This document shows positions 19,548 through 30,071 of a DNA stretch of 64,000 bases, in pieces (within the stretch, counting starts at the first letter, position 1; every line of letters begins with the position of its first letter). The stretch is from the NCBI GenBank assembly GCA_963693365.1, contig CAVNZM010000013.1, positions 6,543,785 to 6,607,784 of the forward strand, in the 5' to 3' direction. The notes below the pieces were generated by a model, which did no database searches, was not told the origin of the DNA, and saw only the letters and a list, made by a program, of their open reading frames with translations. The stretch is from Amoebidium appalachense. Lineage: Eukaryota > Protista > Ichthyosporea. The position numbers and the translations under genes were made by a program.

Positions 19548-20906
19548 ATGTCGCATGCGCGCTCCCGCATCCTTGACGACATGGCGTCCCACATCGATTT
19601 CTCGGCAGCCGTGGCGCGCCGGGCAGCGTTCCCGCACGGGCCAGCCCTGCCCTCGGCCCCCCGCAGCGTGTCGGTGCCGAGCGAGGCGCCCCCGCGTGTC
19701 GAGCCCCCGCAGCCGCCGCAGGGCCAGTGGCGCTACCACTTCGTGACGGGCGGGTCCGAGTGCCGGCCGCTGCAGGTGGAGTTTCCCGCCACCCAGTCCG
19801 TGCACGGCATCCGTGTTGAGGGCATCAAGGCGCACAGCGTGTACGACGTGTGCGAGGGCGCCAACAAGCTCACGCTGTCGCTGTCGTACCTGGACTCGCC
19901 CGACGGCCGGCCCCCAGGCATGTGGGTGAAGGCGTCCACCGACGTGTACCTGCCTGTGGGCAACTACACCCTGGACACCCTGTGCGCCGAACTCGAGATG
20001 CGTCTGGACGCCGCCATCGCCGCATGCTTCAACCCCAGCTACAGCCCCGAGGAGGTGGCGGACATTTTGGAGATGTACCCGGACACGCTGCCCTACTACG
20101 CCAGCGTCACACACACGGAGCGGTTGCGCCGGGACGCCGAGCGCAACGGCGAGGCGTGGACCAGGCACCAGGACTTTGTGTGCAAGACGCGGTGGGCGCC
20201 ACGCCGGCAGGGCCCGCGCGACGAGATCGCATTCGAGGCGCTGATGCTCGCGCAGCTGTACTACAGGGAGAACGCATGGGCGTGGCGTGAGCTGGCCAAC
20301 GAGCGTGACACCCACGGGCGCATCCAGTGGCCGTTCCACAACACGCTGTACAACCTCATGACGCCCTCGAAGCTCGCGCTGCCCGGGCGACTGGTCATCA
20401 GCATCCACCACCGCAAGAACATGGACCCGGACACCATGAAGCACTGGCTGCCGTATGCGTCGGTGCCGACGTTCTCGCTTGACGTGTGCCGGGGGCTCGG
20501 GAGCGTGCTGGGAATGGCGGCCGGCGCGCACGTCAGCCACAGCCTGACAGCGGGGCTGCCTCCGCTGGCCCGCTACTTCGACGGGCGAGACCATGCGGCC
20601 GTGGAGGAGGGCGACCAGCAGCTGCCGTGCCAGGGCGACAACATCCAGTGCGTGTTTGGGACGGATGCACCCCTGGGCCCGCGGGGGGCGCTCATGGTGC
20701 ACGTCATGCAGGGCGAGACGAACCTGCAGGGGCGCATCATGGCGCCGGGCGTGCAGGGGGCGGCGGGCGGGGCGGTGGACGACATGCTGGCGAGCCCGCA
20801 GATCTTGGGGACGCTGGACCACGTCGACACGCTGCGGCTGGTGGTGGTGGACGAGACCGGGACAAGGGTGACTGGCTGTTTCTCGGCGCTGGTCGCGGTT
20901 AAATAA
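19548..20906 (+). CDS. Penton/minor-capsid-like protein
   Basis: VHGIRVEGI, VYLPVGNYTLDTLCAELE and C-terminal LRLVVVDETG motifs. Confidence 0.55.
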   Translation: MSHARSRILDDMASHIDFSAAVARRAAFPHGPALPSAPRSVSVPSEAPPRVEPPQPPQGQWRYHFVTGGSECRPLQVEFPATQSVHGIRVEGIKAHSVYDVCEGANKLTLSLSYLDSPDGRPPGMWVKASTDVYLPVGNYTLDTLCAELEMRLDAAIAACFNPSYSPEEVADILEMYPDTLPYYASVTHTERLRRDAERNGEAWTRHQDFVCKTRWAPRRQGPRDEIAFEALMLAQLYYRENAWAWRELANERDTHGRIQWPFHNTLYNLMTPSKLALPGRLVISIHHRKNMDPDTMKHWLPYASVPTFSLDVCRGLGSVLGMAAGAHVSHSLTAGLPPLARYFDGRDHAAVEEGDQQLPCQGDNIQCVFGTDAPLGPRGALMVHVMQGETNLQGRIMAPGVQGAAGGAVDDMLASPQILGTLDHVDTLRLVVVDETGTRVTGCFSALVAVK

Positions 20907-20940
20907 AGAAGATTCTCAGATATTATCTGTGCACTTGTGT

Positions 20941-22325
20941 ATGGCGTCGAACGTTGAGGCCCAAGACCCTCCCTCCTACATGACAGTGCAACAGACGGGA
21001 GTGGTTATGTATAAAGGAAAGGCTTACAAGGAGGGTGAACACTTTGACATGACCGATGAGTGTGGGGTCTCGGTGACTCATGCAGAAGTAAGACAGGGGG
21101 GGAAGCTGTGGGTGAATGGGAGTAGATTGGCAGCCAAAATGGGAAAAACCTGGAGTAATTGGTACAGGCTAAAGGGCGCACGAGATTTGGTGGAGGACCT
21201 TGAGAAGCACCAGTCACAATCTTCTCCTTCGATGGGGGAGAACACCTTTGAAGTGCAGGGCAGGACGCAGGGCGGGTCAGGTTTAGTAGAGGACCTCAAG
21301 AAGCGCCAACCACGATCTTCTCCTTCGATTGGGGAGAATACCTTTGAAGTGCAGGGCAGGACGCAGGGCGGGTCAGGTCTAGAGAAATCGCCATCCATTA
21401 TCGACCACTCTCGGAATCAGTACCAGGGCATTGACAAGGAGTCCCTTCGGGGTACTTGGATCACTTTGGATTTAGCTACCGCTTTTGTCACTGATGCCAA
21501 TCCTTCGTTTCGTGCAAAGTGGTGTGAGGTCATCGGAGAACTCCATTCAGAAGACGAGGGGTCGGTTAGCAGTGTACACGCAGAAACTGATATGGTACCA
21601 GGAACCACTGGGGGTGTTCAATCCGGGGTTGTAAAGCGCCAGGCAACCGAGAATCCCGCACATAGTGGTCCCGTGGAAAAGATTCGTATCCTAACTGATC
21701 GCCAACTGGCACGCCTACGTGAAGAGAAGATGTTGACGGTCCCAGCACTTGTTGCAGCTTATGCGGCAAAGCTTCAGGCAGAAGCTGCAATCCTTGAAGC
21801 AGAAGCAGCTCTCCTCGACGCACAGGCATACGTTGCACGAAAGGATGCTGACACTCGCCTGGCTCAAACCGAAGTCGAACGCCTCAAGCTGCGGCTCGCA
21901 CCCCCCTCCCTGATGCCTATATTAAGTTCATGGATGCAACTGCAGAAAACACACGCACCCTGTATCGCTTAGCACAGCGAGGAGATACGTTTGTGTACGC
22001 CGTGCATGTACCTTCGACAGATTCCCACCAACGCCTGAAATTCGGTTTCACAACCAATGTAGAGAAACGCTTTTCGGATTATCGTTCCCTCTTGGCTGAC
22101 ATGAACAACAAGATCGTCCTGCTGCTGCCTTCCGAAACCCCCCGGCCAATAGAGAAGTTCATAAAGACCGAGCTGCGCGGATGCCGGGTGGGAGACAACA
22201 AAAACACCGAGCTCTTTGATGTTCCCTTCAACAAGTTTCGCAGCGTACTCCTGGACGTGCTGGATCTTTATGGTCCATGGGGGGAAGGAGTCGCCGATGA
22301 CATACAAGAGGCTTTAATGGTCTAA
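20941..22325 (+). CDS. KilA-N + coiled coil + T5orf172/GIY-YIG-like protein, split by a 1-nt frameshift at 21901-21906
   Basis: WVNGSRLAAKMGKTWSNWYRLK...RGTWI (KilA-N); FVYAV...LKFGFTTNVEKRFSDY (T5orf172-like); adding one C to the C6 run fuses the two ORFs. Confidence 0.75.
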
Positions 22326-22328
22326 CCT

Positions 22329-22844
22329 CTACCCGCCCATAGCCGCCCTGTCAGCGGGGCGTTCAACCTGTGGGAACCTAGGCACGAACGAGAAGGACTC
22401 GAATGTCGCGTACGCCGCACGGCGCGCCACAGCCATGCCGCAGTGACGCGCGCGCTCCTGGAACTGCTGGTAGCGGTCGGTGTACTGGGGATCGGACGAC
22501 GTCTCCATGAGGAACACGCCAAACCTGTCCTCCTCCTCGTCACCGAAGAAGATGATATTGACGACGACGGGGACCCCCTCGAGCCGCCCGACCATGAGCC
22601 AGTTGTAGTGCCCCCTCCCATGGATCATCCAGGGCTCCCGCGCCTGTGCGCTTTCGATCAAGAACAGAAACGACTCCTGCCCGGACAACACATCCTCGCA
22701 CGGCAGTGTCAGCTGCAAGTAGAATGTGTTCGGCTGGCCCAGCCGTGGTATCATTTCGGCCAAATCCGAGCCGCCGTCGATAAACACCTCGTGGTCGTAA
22801 TCCGCGTCCCATCCCCATGTGGCCTGTGAAGTCCCGATTCCCAT
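22329..22844 (-). CDS. Hypothetical protein (MGIGTS, possible myristoylation)
   Basis: 3' part of ORF 22329-23447 from ATG 22844; divergent from the resolvase. Confidence 0.6.
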   Translation of the reverse strand: MGIGTSQATWGWDADYDHEVFIDGGSDLAEMIPRLGQPNTFYLQLTLPCEDVLSGQESFLFLIESAQAREPWMIHGRGHYNWLMVGRLEGVPVVVNIIFFGDEEEDRFGVFLMETSSDPQYTDRYQQFQERARHCGMAVARRAAYATFESFSFVPRFPQVERPADRAAMGG

Positions 22845-22922
22845 GCCTGTGCCAACAATATTCTTGTAAACGAGTTGGGCAGGGAAGCATAAAAGGGAAT
22901 CCCCCAACCCCCCACCCTCACA

Positions 22923-23530
22923 ATGCGTGTGGCCGCCATCGACGTCGGCTTCCTGAACCTGGTGGTGTGCGTGCTCAGCACGACCGACGACCCCGCCACG
23001 CCCTTCATCATCCACACGTGGGACCGCTGGCTCGTGGGCAACCCGGACACCACGGCCACGGTGCTGGTGGAGCTGCTGCTGCGCCGGCTGCACGAGGACC
23101 GCGCGCTGTTCGCGGACGTCGACATGGTCGTCATCGAGCGCCAGATGGTCACCAAGCTGAGCGTGCTGGCGCACGCGCTGCAGGCGTACTTCCTCACCCT
23201 CAGATTGACCAATGGCCACGGGCCCGGCGTGGTGCTGCAGCACGGCACGCGCAAGAACCAGTGCGGGGCGTGGCTCGCCCGCCACGGAATGGCCCCTGCG
23301 GAGACGGGCAAGGCGGCGTATGCGGTGTACAAGCGGCGTGCGGTGGTCGACACGCAGCAAGCGCTGAAGCTGCAGAGTGAGCAGGGGTGGCGGGACAAGT
23401 TTGGGCGGGAGGGCAAGAAGGACGACATGGCGGATGCGCTGCTGCACGGTCTGTGGTACCTGTTCTGTCGGAATCAGAAGGGGGGGTCACGCTGGGGGAA
23501 AGCAGGCAAACGGACAGTGTTCAAAATAAA
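22923..23530 (+). CDS. Holliday junction resolvase, poxvirus A22/RuvC family
   Basis: AIDVGFLNL, VVIERQ and KKDDMADALL catalytic motifs. True stop is probably the TAA near 23527 via a G-run indel; the read-through to 24176 is low complexity. Confidence 0.88.
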
Positions 23531-23795
23531 AAAAGCAATTCACACGCCTGCCCCCACCCCCCCACCCCCGTCTCGGACGGCTGGGTGGCGGGCAGCGAGC
23601 CCCTGCTATGAGGGCCGGCGCCCGCGGTCCTCGCCGCCCCCGGCCCTCGGACCCCGCACCCCCTCTCCCGCCCGCCCGGGAGGAAGGTTGGCGCGCACCT
23701 CGTCCAAGTCTCGTCACCCGCCCACTGCTCATCGCGACCGCCGATCATCAGCTCCCAATCAAACACATCCGCTATGCAGTCCTTTGACAGATATA

Positions 23796-25307
23796 TCACA
23801 CACTTGCATTCGGAGTTGTCGCTGCTGCTTTCGCGATGTCTTCCACAAGCCGCTCTCCATCCCTGCGCCTCGGCAGTCCTGCGGCTTCAAGCTCGGCATC
23901 GGTCAACACGACCGTTTTCTTGGTTATTACCTCTCTTATTACCTGTGTGTACCGTGGGTCATCAAGATTCGGCTGCACCACATTTATCTCTCCTCCATGC
24001 ATCTTAGCCCAGTAGAGTTCGGTCAGTTGCTTCCCGTACAGGGACAGCACGGCCCCGATTTTGTAGACTGCCCGGAATCCTCTGTCCACCTTCTCAAGCT
24101 TTGTCGTTATATGATTGCAGACCCGTTCCCCAATGGTGTTTCCATTGCCCGGTTGGGAACCCCAGTCGAAGCTTGACGTGCGCAGGAGTATGTAGACCAT
24201 CAACCAGGAGGCACATGCCGAGTCGTGTATTTCGTTTCTATCGACAAGTTCCTCATACAAAACCCTCCTAAAACTTGTCTGAAGGCTCTTACATACAGAT
24301 TCGTGTTGGTAGGTGCGCAGAACTTTCGAGCTTCCAGTGTAACCGGCCCCCTCAAGGAACATACAGAGGGCGTCAGCGATTAGCCCTGCCGGGGCAGACA
24401 TGTTAAAGCACTCGACCACCTTGACTTGCGAATCGATAATGACAACAGAAGCATGCTCTGGGCTCGACACATGCATTATATAGTAGCGCTCACGTTCTTG
24501 GCTTTTCAGCCATGAAGAGAGGTTCGACACGAATGCTTTCGGGCATCTGAAACCCCACTTTCCTGCTGACACCTTCCAAGTGGACATTTTACCATTGTCC
24601 GTCACAACACTGAGTGCTGGTGTGGACTTGGGGACAGCATCACTATTATGCTCTATTTTGAGGGATGTGCCAGGGGAAAAACGAACAGATTTTGGCAGAT
24701 AGGTTTGCAGCAGTACGAAGGTGTTGTCCCGAGACCTGGCGCCACACCCTGCCACAGCCGGTGAGGCTTCAACGGAGCCAACCCCAATCAGCTCGGTCAG
24801 TGACTTCTGAAGATCAACGAGACCGTTGTACCAGTCAAATAGAAGTGGCCACGTTTTTTGTATGTCCTCCATCATGTCCGAGGGCGTAGGTCTTCCAGGG
24901 ACAATAGCCTGTTTGTACTTTTCGGCCACGTAGGGAGCACACTTCACCACAATCGACCCGAAACGGTGCTTCCGCTGGTCCACGAGAAACCGGCTTTTTG
25001 AATCATACCTTACAGCAAACTTGTATTCCGTACCAGCTGTTTGACGCATACAAATAAACAACAATCTGTAGCCACCCAGCCCTGCTTCAAAAACCAGAGA
25101 TGTAACACAGGTCAGACAGACTGGTTCGACATCATTTTGAGTGCTCCACAAGTTGATGGAGAGACAGACGTCCCCCATAGCCCACTTGTATGTCTGGGTG
25201 TTGCGGGGTTTCAGATGTGCGTCTTCCAACTTGAAATGTTGGGTATTGTGTTTGACAAACTTGAAGAAGCAGTGGGGCCTTACCGACAATGTCTGTGTTA
25301 AAGCCAT
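23796..25307 (-). CDS. Putative clan-CE-like cysteine protease (paralogue of 15820-17325)
   Basis: HASVVII...ECFN...LQ...DSACASWLMVYILLRTS; full-length similarity to 15820-17325. Confidence 0.55.
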   Translation of the reverse strand: MALTQTLSVRPHCFFKFVKHNTQHFKLEDAHLKPRNTQTYKWAMGDVCLSINLWSTQNDVEPVCLTCVTSLVFEAGLGGYRLLFICMRQTAGTEYKFAVRYDSKSRFLVDQRKHRFGSIVVKCAPYVAEKYKQAIVPGRPTPSDMMEDIQKTWPLLFDWYNGLVDLQKSLTELIGVGSVEASPAVAGCGARSRDNTFVLLQTYLPKSVRFSPGTSLKIEHNSDAVPKSTPALSVVTDNGKMSTWKVSAGKWGFRCPKAFVSNLSSWLKSQERERYYIMHVSSPEHASVVIIDSQVKVVECFNMSAPAGLIADALCMFLEGAGYTGSSKVLRTYQHESVCKSLQTSFRRVLYEELVDRNEIHDSACASWLMVYILLRTSSFDWGSQPGNGNTIGERVCNHITTKLEKVDRGFRAVYKIGAVLSLYGKQLTELYWAKMHGGEINVVQPNLDDPRYTQVIREVITKKTVVLTDAELEAAGLPRRRDGERLVEDIAKAAATTPNASV

Positions 25308-25432
25308 CTACACAACAGCCGAATTTTTCGACATATGGGTGGTTCCCTGGGACAGTTTCGGATGGGTTCCCGCGCGGGGTGGGGGGGGGGGGGGGATTGC
25401 GTCCATTCTGTGACCGATATATGCAAAAGAGT

Positions 25433-25823
25433 TTATATCCCTGCTGCACCGATGCCAGCAGGCTTGACGCAGCAGAAGTCCGGCGCGCACGGCATCGACG
25501 TGGCCCTGCGCCGCTTGCACCGCAGCACCCCGCCGGTCTTGGGGTCCGGTCGGTAGAGGTTGCAGCCCACAAACTGGTTGCACGGCACGAGCGACGGATG
25601 CTGCGGAACCACCGTGCGGCACAGCCACCCGCACCCCACCCCCGGCACCGGCACCTGCGAGCACACGGGCGCTGCGGTGGCCGTCTGCGCAGTGAGCCGT
25701 GTGCATCTGGATGGTTGGGTGAGGGTGGGGGTCGGGGTGGTTGGCGCCGGCGTCGGGGGGGGCCGTCACGTAGCTGGCGGCGGCGGCGGCGGCTTGTGCA
25801 AGTAGGGCAACGAGCACGTACAT
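25433..25823 (-). CDS. Secreted Cys-rich protein, frameshift in G-run near 25755-25762
   Basis: Signal peptide MYVLVALLAQAAAAA in one frame; PT stalk and Cys-rich domain (GCGWLC...CAPDFCC) in another. Confidence 0.5.
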
Positions 25824-25940
25824 TACCGTGTGCATGGATAATAGTTGTGGGGGCAGGGGTGTTCTTGTTTGTTGGGGGGGGGGGGGGGGGAGGTCCCAGA
25901 GCTGGTTGTGTTTTATTTATTGGGGCCTGCACACCTCTGT

Positions 25941-26021
25941 TTGAAGAAACGAAACTTTGAAGGTATGTCGTTGGGCTAACTGCGATTGAAGAAACGAAAC
26001 TTTGAAGGTATGTTGTTGGGT
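25941..26021. repeat. Two ~36-bp direct repeats, 45-bp period
   Basis: TTGAAGAAACGAAACTTTGAAGGTATGTYGTTGGG twice. Confidence 0.8.
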
Positions 26022-26137
26022 CCGGAACAGCAGGTGACAACTTCCCTCCCTTACCAAACGAGCAATTGGTCACTTTGACCAATTGGTCCCCTGTCGTATC
26101 CAATAGATGCTGGTTGGTGTGCCTCGGCCACTATACG

Positions 26138-27070
26138 CTACACAACGTGCTTCGCCAGGAAGCTCACAGGGTACAGCTTGACCGTGCGCACGTCCCCGTT
26201 GACCACCATCTGCGTCGTCTCGGGCTCGCACCCCATCTCGTCACGCCAGGCCTTGCTGACCATGCGGCCGAGCGCAGAGGCGGACTTGCACTTGATGCCA
26301 CGGTCGACCACGAACTTCCCCACCGTGACATAGTCGGAGAGGGTGGTGCCTTCGATGGCCCGCAGACCCTGGTTGGGGAGCAGCATGTTGGAGACCGAGT
26401 CGTTGACGAGCTGTCGCATGCGCGGGTCACGGTCCAGCCCCAGGCGCTCAAGCAGCGCCTCGTACTGGGCGAGGTTGTCCATAGCCATCTTCTGGTTCTC
26501 CCTCTCGAGACGCGTGATCTCCGCCTCCTCCCGGCGCAGACGCAGCCTCCGCTCCTCCTCCAGCTCCTCGCGGCGGCGCTTGCGGTCAGGGGTCTCGTCC
26601 GTGCCGTTGCGGAAGAACTCGCGCTCCTCGGGGGTGCTGTTGTCGTAGCGGGCCTCGATCTCCACGATGAGAAGCAAATCGCCAGAGAGGAGGCGCGCCA
26701 TGTACTGGGCAGAAGTCTTACGGAAATCATGAGCGCGCTTGCCAGGGAGCAGGTAGATGATCTCGAGGAGGGTGCGGAAGGGGGCAACCGGGGTCACATT
26801 TCCCTTTCCGTTTATCTTCAGGTCTACAACACCCTGCAAAACCTCGGTTCTGAACCCGTTACCACCAGTAACGGGTTCACCCGGAGACTTCCGCATGTCA
26901 AACCACGCCTTCCTGGCAGTGGTGGAACTGCCCACGACCAATTCAATCACATCGAGGACGCTCGCCATCTTGCTGGCTTTGTCGACGCGGACCGTTGCAT
27001 CCTTGAACTGGGGGAACTCCTTCCACAGAAGCGACATGTCCACCTTTGAGTTGCTCTGTCCGGTAGCCAT
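26138..27070 (-). CDS. Bro-N/antirepressor-like DNA-binding protein (paralogue of 12526-13434)
   Basis: Near-identical blocks to 12526-13434, with conserved 5' UTR and TATA. Confidence 0.7.
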   Translation of the reverse strand: MATGQSNSKVDMSLLWKEFPQFKDATVRVDKASKMASVLDVIELVVGSSTTARKAWFDMRKSPGEPVTGGNGFRTEVLQGVVDLKINGKGNVTPVAPFRTLLEIIYLLPGKRAHDFRKTSAQYMARLLSGDLLLIVEIEARYDNSTPEEREFFRNGTDETPDRKRRREELEEERRLRLRREEAEITRLERENQKMAMDNLAQYEALLERLGLDRDPRMRQLVNDSVSNMLLPNQGLRAIEGTTLSDYVTVGKFVVDRGIKCKSASALGRMVSKAWRDEMGCEPETTQMVVNGDVRTVKLYPVSFLAKHVV

Positions 27071-27894
27071 CCTGTGTCAGACTGACCCCAGGTGGCCGTG
27101 TGTGCTCCTTTTATACCTGCGCGTGGCACCCTCAGTCGTGCTGAGGGCAGGTCGGTGCTTATCCATTGAAATGTCAAGCTGCGTGCCGCGGGTGACAATT
27201 TTGAATGGGTTCCTGCGCGGGGCTGGGGGGGGGCGGGGGGGGCTGGGGGTGGCTGGGGGGAGCTTGTGAAACTCGTGTGCGCGTGTGCGTTGTGTGCCTC
27301 GTGTGCCTCGCAGGCCTCGCGCGCGCGCGGGTGTGCGTGTGTGTTGTGTGCGCGTGTGCGTTGTGTGCCTCGCGCGCTTGCATCCAGTGCAAAGTCCATT
27401 ATTTGTTTACTTTATTACTCAGGCAGAACAACCCGGTTTGCCACGCGGTATGCTTGCAAGAGGTTGTCGATGGTGCCTGGTGGGGTAGGGCCGACCCCAG
27501 AATACAAAAGGTCCAACGTAAAAATTTTCAGTTTGAGTTCCGGTGCAAGGGAAGACCACTGCATCGTGCAATCAACATACACAGCGGTTTACAGGCGTGT
27601 CAGGAACGAGCAGACTGTGTACGAGCTGGCATGTCCGAGGATTTTGGTTTGGGACCTGCTTGCTCTCCGACATTTCATTGGCTGCTGAAACTGTGCACTG
27701 GCATTGTATGACCGCGCCGCGATCTGATTGGACCATTAAAATGGGGCATCCATCGACTGCTCATGGTGGCGCTCGCGGGCTCGCGGGCAGGTGCCCGTGT
27801 GCCGGTGTGCCCGTGTGCACGTGTGCCCGCGTGCCTCGCGCGCTGGGTGGGTGTGTGTGTCGTGTTCGCGTGTGCCTTATGTGACTTGTGTCCT

Positions 27895-28257
27895 GTCATC
27901 TTGACATCTTGGTGTATCCGGTTCTGGCCCTAGGTTTTCCATGTCATAATTGTGTGCACTGGATCTGGGTGATCGTGTAAGGGTCTGATTCGCTTATTGT
28001 CATCTTGACATCTTGGTGTATCCGGTTCTGGGCCTAGGTTTTCCATGTCATAAAGGTATGACTCGCTTATTCATCTTGATCACACCAATTCAAAGCATCA
28101 TGCCAATGCCGGGCACAGCCTATGTTCGCATACGCGTTTCGACCCTTTCACTTTTTTCCTAATCATTAACATTTATCATTCTAGCACACTGAATACATTC
28201 AACCATGCACATCTTGGTGTATTCGGTTCTTGGGCCTATTAGGTTTTCCATGTCATA
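27895..28257. repeat. Three dispersed ~50-bp direct repeats
   Basis: ACATCTTGGTGTATCCGGTTCTGG..CTAGGTTTTCCATGTCATA at about 27895, 27998 and 28209. Confidence 0.85.
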
Positions 28258-28427
28258 GTTGTGTGGACACAATGTCTTTGATGTAGCAACTCCTGGAAAA
28301 ACACACATACGCTTCCAAAACAATCCAGAATACTATTCTGCCTGTTAGGGACACAGAAATCGCTGGTGTGATCCTGTTTGGGGAGGTCCTAGAGCTGGTT
28401 GTGTTTATTTATTTGGGGTCTGCAGAT

Positions 28428-29156
28428 ATGAACCGGCCGGTGGAAAAGAGGGTGCTGTCCAACCCCGAGGAACTGCAAGCCTTTGTCAACGACCCAACGT
28501 GGTTTCATCCCGCCGCGCTCGTTGCGGGTGGGGTCGAGACCCGAGCACTGGGTGTAGTCCGCATCGTCTACCCAGAGCCGCCCGACTTTGCGGACGAATT
28601 CGGCACCATTCGCAGGGGCAGGAGGTCGGTGCTGACTGCCCCACTCAGGTTTGTGTGCAAGCACACGGACTTCTCCGATTCCTGGTATGACCCTCCGCGG
28701 GTGACGGCCGACGGCCGCGCAACGGGCTTCTGGGGGTTTGTTATTGATGCGGGGGGTGACTGGGTTGATGACAAGCTGCTCATGGTGACGTACAGCGCTG
28801 CACTGAATGTCTTTCAGTGGATGGTGGTCTTTAACCATCCGCCGGATTGGGTAGAAGTCATGCCCTACTACACAGAGACCCCCACCTTGATCTTTGAGCG
28901 CCCGCTCCCCGGTGTCCCCACACTCGCACAGACAGTGTCCGTTGGGCTCATCCGAAACATGGCAGCCGAGCCCCATGTGCACAGCCGCTTCGGGATCCAC
29001 AGAGGCTTATCGGCCGGGCTGGAGCAGTTGCTGTCCCATGAGGCCATCCAGACCATGCTAGGCTTCGGCAACACGCTCTACGGGCTGCTCGGCATCACCC
29101 CCGAGGGGGCTGCGTACATGGGCACCACCGACTGGCCCATCGACTACAGCGAGTGA
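28428..29156 (+). CDS. Hypothetical protein
   Basis: 242-aa ORF of normal composition. Confidence 0.7.
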   Translation: MNRPVEKRVLSNPEELQAFVNDPTWFHPAALVAGGVETRALGVVRIVYPEPPDFADEFGTIRRGRRSVLTAPLRFVCKHTDFSDSWYDPPRVTADGRATGFWGFVIDAGGDWVDDKLLMVTYSAALNVFQWMVVFNHPPDWVEVMPYYTETPTLIFERPLPGVPTLAQTVSVGLIRNMAAEPHVHSRFGIHRGLSAGLEQLLSHEAIQTMLGFGNTLYGLLGITPEGAAYMGTTDWPIDYSE

Positions 29157-29657
29157 GGCCCTGCGCGTGGGGGGCTGTGGGGGGCTGTGGGGGGCTGGGG
29201 TGGGTGGGGGCGCGGGTGCCTTGTGAGCGCGTGAGCGCGTGTGCCTCGCGCGCGGATAAATTGGCTATTCACGCGCTTGTGCGCGCGCACGGGGCCTGGG
29301 GGCCTGGGGGTTCGTGTGCCCCTTTTATACCTGCACACCGCTTGACGTTGCCCATTGACAATCACACCTCGCACCGACCTGGTCAGTGCGGCGTGGGTGG
29401 CTGGGGGGGGCTGGGGGGGGCTGGGCGGGGCTGCCGTGGCTGGGGGTGCCTCGTCTGCCTCGCGTGCCTCGCATGCCTCGCGCGCAGAACGGCTGTGTGT
29501 GGTGTGTGTGTGTGTGCCCGTGTGCCTCGCCTGCCGCGCATGCCTCGCGTGCCTCGCGCCGGGTGTGTTCGTGCTTCCTTTATTGTTCCTCGTGTGCCCC
29601 CCACAGCCCCCCACAGCCACCCCCAGCCACCCGCGCCCCGGGGGAGGTGTCACGCCA

Positions 29658-30071
29658 TCAACGCCCGGACTTCCGAGCCTCTGGCGTAGCGGCGGGTGCC
29701 GTGTGCACGGGTGGCGGGGCACTGTGAGGCCCAACCGGAAACAGCCCGTACAGGATGTCCTCCTCGCACGTCACCATGATCTCGTGCTTGTCCATGATCC
29801 TCATGGCGTGCGCGATGGTTTCGGCGGGCACGGGCGGGCCGTGGTTGAACAGGTGCACGCGCATCTCCTTGTCGGGGTGGAAGTGGTGGTTCGCCAGCAC
29901 GTTCGCCATGGCGGTCTTCCAGTCGGCCAGCTGCTCGACCTGGACGATCTGGTGGTCCGTCAGCACGTCGATGCGCCCGACCTTGGTGAGCGTGTCCTCG
30001 ACGCCTTCCAGCCGGTCGGCCAGCTCGTATACGACCATGTTCCGTGCAAACTCAAGCTCGGTGTCCGTCAT
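29658..30071 (-). CDS. PD-(D/E)XK nuclease-like paralogue, catalytic motif lost
   Basis: GRIDVLT...IVQVEQ...WKTAMANVLAN...RVHLF; EVK changed to QVE and QxxxY lost. Confidence 0.7.
   Translation of the reverse strand: MTDTELEFARNMVVYELADRLEGVEDTLTKVGRIDVLTDHQIVQVEQLADWKTAMANVLANHHFHPDKEMRVHLFNHGPPVPAETIAHAMRIMDKHEIMVTCEEDILYGLFPVGPHSAPPPVHTAPAATPEARKSGR

Noticed and set aside
19530-20822. Long antisense ORFs such as 19530-20822, 5018-6253 and 26066-27049
   Set aside because: Shadow frames of GC3-rich genes with recognisable products in another frame.
23531-24176. C-terminal extension of the resolvase ORF
   Set aside because: Low complexity and antisense to a conserved paralogous gene; better explained by a G-run indel.
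27895-28257. Repeats with unique spacers resembling a CRISPR array
   Set aside because: Only three ~50-bp degenerate copies with irregular spacing, no cas genes, eukaryotic/viral context.
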